From positions 4,800,001 through 4,832,000 of the forward strand of contig CP126532.1 in assembly GCA_030167145.1 (NCBI GenBank): DNA of 32,000 bases, written 5' to 3'. Positions 26,368 through 32,000 of the stretch are shown one piece after another. Each line of letters starts with the position of its first letter. Position 1 is the first letter of the stretch. The notes beneath the pieces are model-generated. The model did not search any database and was not told where the DNA came from. It worked only from the letters and a program-made list of their open reading frames with translations. The stretch comes from Ktedonobacterales bacterium. Lineage in GTDB: Bacteria > Chloroflexota > Ktedonobacteria > Ktedonobacterales > JADMIN01. The position numbers were made by a program, and so were the translations under genes.

Positions 26368-27714
26368 CTAACCCCGCTTCTTCACACTCTGCCCTATGCT
26401 CACCTCATGGCTTGTGTTGGCATGGTTGTTCAGGTTCGACTGCGTTTCTCGTACCATCGCCAGTGGCCCATTGACGGTGAAATAGTGCGCGCCAGCCACC
26501 AACAACTCTTCTGCGGGAAAGCGGGTGATAACCTCACAGCCGTCTTTCGTTACCACAAGCTGCTCTTCGATGCGCGCGGCGGTCCAGCCGTCAGTTGCGG
26601 GCCAGAAGGTTTCGAGCGCGAAGACCATGCCCTCCTGGATGACCTCAGGATGATCGAGGGAAACCAGACGGCTGAAGATGGGCTTCTCCCAGATCGAGAG
26701 GCCGACACCATGGCCGTACTGCAATGCGAAGGCGGCTTCCTCATCTGGGAAGCCGAACTCCGGCGCCTTCGGCCATAGTTTCACCACGTCGGCGGTGGTT
26801 ACACCTGGCTTGATGACGTTAATCGCGGCATCGAGGATATCACGGCACTTCTTGTAGGCATCTACCATAGATTGTGAGGCGCTTCCGATGGCGAAGGTGC
26901 GGTAATAGCAGGTGCGATAGCCGTTATAGCTGTGCAGGATGTCGAAGTAGGCTGGATCGCCAGGGCGCAGCGCGCGGTCACTGAAGACATGTGGATGTGG
27001 ACTGCAACGCTCGCCGGAGATCGCATTCACACCTTCCACATGTTCTGAACCCATATCATAGAGCACCTTGCTCACGAGACCGACGCATTCGTTCTCGCGA
27101 ACTCCTGGACGCATGAAGCGATATAGGTGGTCATAAGCCGCGTCTACCATCATACACGCGGTGCTGAGCAGCGTAATCTCGTCGCGGGATTTGATGAGGC
27201 GAGCCTGCTGCATAAGCTGCTGCCCATCCACGACGTTGATCCCCGCCGCCTGAAGTGCGAACAATACCGGCAGCTCAATCGCATCTACGCCGACCGGCTC
27301 GTGAAGTAGCCCGCGCTCCTCCAACTCCACGCGAATCTTGCGCGCTACCTCTTCTGCCCGCCCGGCTTCCGGTAACATCGCACCGCGCTGAGTGGAGATG
27401 CCCGCGCGTGAGCGTTCCTCGCCCAACCAGGGGCAGTAGATCTTATGGTGTCGTGCGGCTGAGCCGAAGTCCCAGAGGATGGGGTCGTCATCCTGGGGCA
27501 GGAGGGTGAAGCGCGCGAGCTTGTCCATAGCCCAGGTGCCAATGTGCGTGGCGGTGATGTAGCGGATGTTATTCATGTCGAAGCAGAGCAGCGCGCCGAT
27601 ATCGGACTCTTTGAGGAGCCGCTTGATGCGCGCGAGGCGCTCAGTGCGCAACCGCTCGAAGTCTACGCGCTCCTCCCAATCTACCCCCATGAGGCCAAAC
27701 GTTTTCAGTGCCAT
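26368..27714 (-). CDS. M24-family (creatinase/prolidase-fold) hydrolase with non-canonical metal site
   Basis: 448 aa. The creatinase-type N-domain includes ALLCFDMNNIRYITA. The pita-bread C-domain has GDPAYFDILHSYNGYRTCYYRTF, YGHGVGLSIWE, GMVFALETF and ARIEEQLVVT. AAAGGAG lies upstream of the ATG at 27714. Confidence 0.8.
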   Translation of the reverse strand: MALKTFGLMGVDWEERVDFERLRTERLARIKRLLKESDIGALLCFDMNNIRYITATHIGTWAMDKLARFTLLPQDDDPILWDFGSAARHHKIYCPWLGEERSRAGISTQRGAMLPEAGRAEEVARKIRVELEERGLLHEPVGVDAIELPVLFALQAAGINVVDGQQLMQQARLIKSRDEITLLSTACMMVDAAYDHLYRFMRPGVRENECVGLVSKVLYDMGSEHVEGVNAISGERCSPHPHVFSDRALRPGDPAYFDILHSYNGYRTCYYRTFAIGSASQSMVDAYKKCRDILDAAINVIKPGVTTADVVKLWPKAPEFGFPDEEAAFALQYGHGVGLSIWEKPIFSRLVSLDHPEVIQEGMVFALETFWPATDGWTAARIEEQLVVTKDGCEVITRFPAEELLVAGAHYFTVNGPLAMVRETQSNLNNHANTSHEVSIGQSVKKRG

Positions 27715-27765
27715 GATAGTGCTCCTTTTGGCCCGGATCGTGTCGGGTTTGAGTTGTTCACACGT

Positions 27766-28791
27766 CTACGCGCGGCCACACAGCGTCTTTGCCAGCTCGG
27801 TTAGGGCCGCTGGTGTCGGCACCGTCTGGTCTTCCAGCACCGGGGAGAAGGGCACGGGAACATCCATGGCCCCCATTCGCTTGACGGGCGCATCAAGATA
27901 GTAGAACGCCCCCTCCGCGATGACTGCGGCTAGCTCAGCGGTGACGCCATAGCGCTCATAGCCTTCATCCACGACGATAGCGCGACTCGTCTTCTTTGCC
28001 GACTCGATCAACGTTGCCTTATCGAGTGGGAACATCGTGCGCGGATCAACGACTTCGGCGCTGATGCCGATCTGTTCGAGATTTTCGGCGGCAGTGAGTG
28101 CGACCTGCACCATGCTGCTGGTCGCCACAATCGTTATGTCTGTGCCCTGACGCTTGATGCCCGCAACGCCAAAGGGAATGGTGTACTCACCCTCAGGCAC
28201 AGAACCTTTGAGTTGATACATCATTTTGTCTTCGAAGACGATGACGGGATTGTTGTCGCGGATGGCGGTCTTGTACAGGCCCTTGGCATCGTATGGCGTG
28301 GAAGGCAGTACGACCTGTAATCCGGGAATGTGGCTGACCCAAGCGTGGAGGCTCTGGCTGTGTTGCGCCGCGCTGCGACGGGTGGCGCCTAGCGTGGTAC
28401 GCACCACCATCGGCACGTTCAGCTTCCCGCCGGACATGTAGTGGACTTTGGCAGCCTGGTTGGCAAGCTGATCCATAATCAGCCCGATAAAGTCACCGAA
28501 CATGATGTCAATGACAGGTCGCATGCCCGTCATCGCCGCGCCAACTCCCAGACCAGTGATCCCTGGTTCAGAGATGGGCGAGTCTATGATGCGGGTTGGC
28601 CCGAACTCTTCGACGAGGCCGGAGAGGACTTTGAACGGGGTTCCGGCTTCGGCGACATCTTCGCCGATGATAAAGACCGTTGGGTCGCGGCGCATCTCTT
28701 CAGCAAGCGCCTCGCGCACCGCCTGGGCAAGTGTAATCTCGCGGACGGCGTGGGCATCGGTCTGGCTGAGGGTGGCGCTAGGCGTAGACAT
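27766..28791 (-). CDS. 2-oxoacid dehydrogenase E1 component beta subunit
   Basis: ITLAQAVREALAEEMRRDPTVFIIGEDV, the SPISEPGITGLGVGAAMTGMRPV transketolase-like pyrimidine-binding region, and the C-terminal PVPFSPVLE. ATG 28791 overlaps the E1-alpha 3' end by 14 nt; the ORF-track start is TTG 28800. Confidence 0.9.
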   Translation of the reverse strand: MSTPSATLSQTDAHAVREITLAQAVREALAEEMRRDPTVFIIGEDVAEAGTPFKVLSGLVEEFGPTRIIDSPISEPGITGLGVGAAMTGMRPVIDIMFGDFIGLIMDQLANQAAKVHYMSGGKLNVPMVVRTTLGATRRSAAQHSQSLHAWVSHIPGLQVVLPSTPYDAKGLYKTAIRDNNPVIVFEDKMMYQLKGSVPEGEYTIPFGVAGIKRQGTDITIVATSSMVQVALTAAENLEQIGISAEVVDPRTMFPLDKATLIESAKKTSRAIVVDEGYERYGVTAELAAVIAEGAFYYLDAPVKRMGAMDVPVPFSPVLEDQTVPTPAALTELAKTLCGRA

Positions 28792-29791
28792 GCTGATCAA
28801 CCTCGCTCACATCTGGGAACGGCGCGGCCAGCGCGAATTCGACTGCCGCAGCCACTTCAGCCCGCACATCGGCCATCATTTGGTCCAGCGTGACGGTATC
28901 GCTGACCTGCTGCTCTACCAGCCACCCCGCGAGCAATTTAATCGGATCACGCTCGGTCCTCCAGAAGTCCTCTTCTTCCTTTGCGCGGTAATATGTCCGC
29001 TGGATGTCGCCCACATGGTGCCCGTAATAGCGGTAGGTGTCGCAGAGGAGGAAGGTGGGGCCTTCGCCTTGGCGCGCACGATTCACTGCTTGGCGCGCTT
29101 CCTCGTAGACGCCGCGCACATCTTGCCCGTCTACAGTTTCGGCATGAATGCCGAAGGCCTTGGCGCGGGCGGTCAGTTCGCCAGCGGTGGTCTCGGTGTA
29201 ATGTGTGTATTCGTTGTAGAGGTTGTTCTCGCAGACATAGATCACGGGCAGTTTCCAGAGCGAGGCCATGTTCATTACTTCGTAGAGCACACCCTGTCCG
29301 AGCGCGCCATCGCCAAAGAAGCATACGGTCACTTGATCTGCGCCGCGCATCTTGGCCGACATGGCCGCGCCAGTAGCGATGCCCGCGCTGCCGCCGACAA
29401 TCGCATTCGCGCCGAGATTACCTGTATCCTGGTCAGCGATGTGCATTGAGCCACCCTTGCCACGACAATAGCCGGGGGCTTTTCCTAGCAGCTCCGCAAA
29501 CATGCGATCAAGCGACGCGCCTTTCGCCAGGCAGTGGCCATGCCCGCGATGGGTGCTGGTGATGTAGTCATCGCGCCGCAGCGCGTTGCACACGCCTACC
29601 GCGACAGCCTCTTCGCCGGAATAGAGATGCGCCAAACCGGGCATGCGGGCTGTCTTGTACAGATCGTTGACCTGTTCCTCGAAGAGGCGGATCTGGACCA
29701 TCTGTTGATACATCCTGATCCAGAGGTCCGGATCGGCAGGCGCCGACTCGCGCTTCGCAAGCCCAGGTTGCGGCGTTTTCGTGTTGGCCAT
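28778..29791 (-). CDS. 2-oxoacid dehydrogenase E1 component alpha subunit (TPP-dependent)
   Basis: YRGHGH, and the TPP-binding motif GDGALGQGVLYEVMNMASLWKLPVIYVCENNLY. ATG at 29791 follows GGAGGACG; the ORF track starts at 29875. Confidence 0.9.
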   Translation of the reverse strand: MANTKTPQPGLAKRESAPADPDLWIRMYQQMVQIRLFEEQVNDLYKTARMPGLAHLYSGEEAVAVGVCNALRRDDYITSTHRGHGHCLAKGASLDRMFAELLGKAPGYCRGKGGSMHIADQDTGNLGANAIVGGSAGIATGAAMSAKMRGADQVTVCFFGDGALGQGVLYEVMNMASLWKLPVIYVCENNLYNEYTHYTETTAGELTARAKAFGIHAETVDGQDVRGVYEEARQAVNRARQGEGPTFLLCDTYRYYGHHVGDIQRTYYRAKEEEDFWRTERDPIKLLAGWLVEQQVSDTVTLDQMMADVRAEVAAAVEFALAAPFPDVSEVDQHVYA

Positions 29792-29871
29792 ACGTCCTCC
29801 TTCTGTTGGTGCTGATATGTGACTGCGACAGTCTGCGCTTATGGCGACCTCATGCGGCTGGGAATATGCGC

Positions 29872-30753
29872 TCACTCATCAAGTCCGGCCATTTTCGCCA
29901 GAACCTTGTACGTGATGAAGAAATCGTGACCGGCGAGTCCCATAGCGCGTGCCGCGGTCAGGAACTCGTTGCTCACGGCGACGGTCGGGAGCGGAACATT
30001 GAGGCGCCGGCCCATATCGAGCGCCAATACCATATCTTTTTGCATCATGTTGACATCGAACCAGACATCGTTCGGTTCTTCGAGAATGAACGGCGCGCGG
30101 TATTGAAGGGAAGGTGAGGCGATGACGCTATCGAGCAATACTTTCAGCGCGGTCTGACGTGGAATACCCCCTTTTTGGGCGAGCAACAAACCCTCGCAGA
30201 GCGCCGTAAACTGCACCTGTAGATTGAGATTGACCGCGATCTTCATCAATACTGCCTGGCCATTTTCGCCGACGTAATTTACTGTGGGGGCGATGTCGAG
30301 CAGCACCAGCTTCGCGCGCTCGAACACCGATGGTTCGCCGCCAACCATCATCGAGAGTTTGCCCTGTTCGAGCGTTATCACGCTGCCCGATATCGGCGCG
30401 TCGAGCATGCGTGCGCCTATCAGAGCGACCTGCGCCGCAATTTCGCGCGACATGCTGGGACTCACTGTGCTCATGTCCACGTAGATCTTGTCTGTCCGCA
30501 ACCCCGCTAAGATGCCATCGGGGCCGCCAATCACGGCTTTAAGGGCTTCGGTATCCGTGACCATGGAAAAGGTGATGTCGGCGGCTTCGCTCACAGCGCG
30601 TGGCGACTCGCCCCACCGCATGCCTGCGTCGAGCAGCCATTGAGCCTTTGCGCGGGTGCGGTTGTATCCAATCACCGTATGGCCAGCGTCGAGCAATCGC
30701 TTGGTTACTCGGCCACCCATGGCCCCTAGACCAACGAAGCCAATTGTCGTCAT
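29872..30753 (-). CDS. NAD(P)-dependent beta-hydroxyacid dehydrogenase (3-hydroxyisobutyrate dehydrogenase family)
   Basis: The Rossmann N-terminus is MTTIGFVGLGAMGGRVTKRLLDAGHTV. Also present are DAPISGS and the catalytic-Lys region KIAVN. The product is 293 aa from the ATG at 30753, which is preceded by GGAGG; the ORF track starts at 30867. Confidence 0.85.
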   Translation of the reverse strand: MTTIGFVGLGAMGGRVTKRLLDAGHTVIGYNRTRAKAQWLLDAGMRWGESPRAVSEAADITFSMVTDTEALKAVIGGPDGILAGLRTDKIYVDMSTVSPSMSREIAAQVALIGARMLDAPISGSVITLEQGKLSMMVGGEPSVFERAKLVLLDIAPTVNYVGENGQAVLMKIAVNLNLQVQFTALCEGLLLAQKGGIPRQTALKVLLDSVIASPSLQYRAPFILEEPNDVWFDVNMMQKDMVLALDMGRRLNVPLPTVAVSNEFLTAARAMGLAGHDFFITYKVLAKMAGLDE

Positions 30754-30906
30754 GTGGCGCCTCCGAAATATAGACGGGATGAACGAACGAGTCCGCCGGG
30801 TATGATTCACCTTTGAGCACCTCCCCCGCATCGCACAGGTATGATATATGGCCCATCCATCTCTCATATCGCCTGTTTCTCTTTGGACAAGGTATAGCGA
30901 GCAGAT

Positions 30907-31929
30907 TCACTCTCGCGGCGCGGGCGCAGGCCCCGTGCTGTCGCGCACATAGAGCGTGACTGGCAAGATGGCTGGCTCGACAAAGCCCCTCTCGCCCAGC
31001 AATTGAGCCAGTAAGCGTTCAGCAGCTTTGACTCCCATAGCATGCACCGGCAAATGCAATGTCGTCAGGCGCGGCGTGGTCTGCGCCACCGTGGAGAGAT
31101 CATTGAAGCCAATCACAGAGAGATCGTGTGGTATCACCATCCCCGCTTCGTTCGCGGCGCGCATCGCGCCTGCCGCCGCCAGGTCGTTGACGGCGAAGAC
31201 GGCGGTGGGCGGGATGGATAACGTGAGCAGTTGCTGCATCGCCTCATAGCCGCCCTGGTCGCGAAAGCTGCCCCCTACCAGCAGATCGGGGTCAAAGGGT
31301 ATCCGATGGCGCTCAAGCGCGTCGCGATAACCCTGTCGGCGGGTGTGTCCGGTGGACATCTCGTCTGATCCAGCGATATGCGCGATGCGCTGATGACCTA
31401 AGCCGATAAGATACTCCACGGCGGTCATAGATCCTGTGTAGTCGGCGGGAACGACCGCGTTGGGAGGGATGGGATCCGTGTGGCGATTGAGCAGCACAAC
31501 GGGAAAATGTTCAGCAATGAGCTGTTGTACCGCCCGATCATGGCGTCGGGCTGTAGCGAGAATCAGCCCGTCTACCTGCCGCTCGCGCAGCATCGTGATG
31601 CCACGTTCGCCGCGCGCGCTATCATCATCGGTGTTGGCGAGGATGACGCTATAATCACGTTCTGCCAGGGCATCTTCGATTCCCCGAAACATCAAGGCAA
31701 AGAACGGATTGGAGATATCGGGAATCAGAGCGCCAATGACATTGCTGCGCTTGGTACGTAGGGAGCGCGCCAACCGATTCGGCTGATAGCCATGCTCATC
31801 AGCGAGCGCCAGAATGCGCTGGCGAAGCTCCTCACTCACACGCTGGTGAGGGTCATCATTGATCACCCGTGCGACGGTGGACGGGTGTACCCCTGCAAGT
31901 CGCCCCAACTCTTTTAACGTCACAGCCAT
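30907..31929 (-). CDS. LacI family transcriptional regulator
   Basis: The N-terminal HTH is VTLKELGRLAGVHPSTVARVIN, followed by a periplasmic-binding-protein-like effector domain (VDGLILA, AVFAVNDLAAAGAMRA). Confidence 0.9.
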   Translation of the reverse strand: MAVTLKELGRLAGVHPSTVARVINDDPHQRVSEELRQRILALADEHGYQPNRLARSLRTKRSNVIGALIPDISNPFFALMFRGIEDALAERDYSVILANTDDDSARGERGITMLRERQVDGLILATARRHDRAVQQLIAEHFPVVLLNRHTDPIPPNAVVPADYTGSMTAVEYLIGLGHQRIAHIAGSDEMSTGHTRRQGYRDALERHRIPFDPDLLVGGSFRDQGGYEAMQQLLTLSIPPTAVFAVNDLAAAGAMRAANEAGMVIPHDLSVIGFNDLSTVAQTTPRLTTLHLPVHAMGVKAAERLLAQLLGERGFVEPAILPVTLYVRDSTGPAPAPRE

Positions 31930-31967
31930 GGATTCTGCCTTTATGCCGTGAAATCGAATCTTGAGCG

Positions 31968-31998
31968 CAATCGTTCGTGCTAAGTGAACAAACGATTG
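31968..31998. promoter_or_regulatory. inverted repeat upstream of the LacI gene (possible operator)
   Basis: CAATCGTT (31968-31975) and AACGATTG (31991-31998) are perfect inverted copies. The right copy sits in ACAAACGATTGT (31988-31999), a 10/12 palindrome with a central CG as in LacI-family operators. It lies 40-70 nt upstream of the lacI-type start, and the window ends here. Confidence 0.25.
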
Positions 31999-32000
31999 TG

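Noticed and set aside
30783-30790. The 8-mer ACGAACGA upstream of the HIBADH-family gene matches the reverse complement of TCGTTCGT (31971-31978) near the lacI-type gene
   Set aside because: By rough estimate, a single shared 8-mer between two regions of about 100 nt each is expected by chance at appreciable frequency. The flanks do not match.

Overview
GC-rich (about 60% by eye), densely coding bacterial chromosomal segment. I count about 27 protein genes and three tRNAs. I recognise no rRNA, CRISPR array, transposase, integrase or prophage remnant. Gene content from left to right:
- Thiolase 3' end, then a split B12-dependent acyl-CoA mutase large subunit that carries the isobutyryl-CoA-mutase (IcmA) residue signature rather than the methylmalonyl-CoA one.
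- A 705-aa polytopic/coiled-coil protein of unknown function, divergent from glpK.
- A minus-strand hemC-hemD operon, translationally coupled to an unknown 8-TM protein and followed by a lipoprotein.
- A DUF151 nuclease plus zinc-ribbon gene pair.
- A PBP2/FtsI-type transpeptidase followed by a membrane Ser/Thr-kinase-like protein whose catalytic HRD motif reads HGN (probable pseudokinase).
- A tentatively NnrS-like membrane protein and a secreted protein.
- tRNA-Pro(CGG), a small HNH endonuclease, and a GH57/DUF3536 protein.
- YiiD-type thioesterase, MFS transporter, GNAT and LysE exporter.
- tRNA-Asp(GTC) and tRNA-Arg(GCG).
- A LacI-headed minus-strand operon: HIBADH-family dehydrogenase, E1-alpha, E1-beta, M24 hydrolase, E2.

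I do not see an unmistakable novel system such as a defence island or mobile element. The candidates most worth follow-up are:
- the 2-oxoacid dehydrogenase operon with an embedded, active-site-variant M24 hydrolase;
- the PBP + pseudokinase module;
- the hemCD-coupled membrane proteins;
- the unusual tRNA-Arg(GCG) locus and the unassigned 386 nt beside it.

The lineage guess (Chloroflexota/Ktedonobacteria-like or Actinomycetota-like) is only an impression. All family calls rest on motifs recognised by eye and recalled from memory. No searches were run. Start codons are best guesses; stop codons come from the ORF track.
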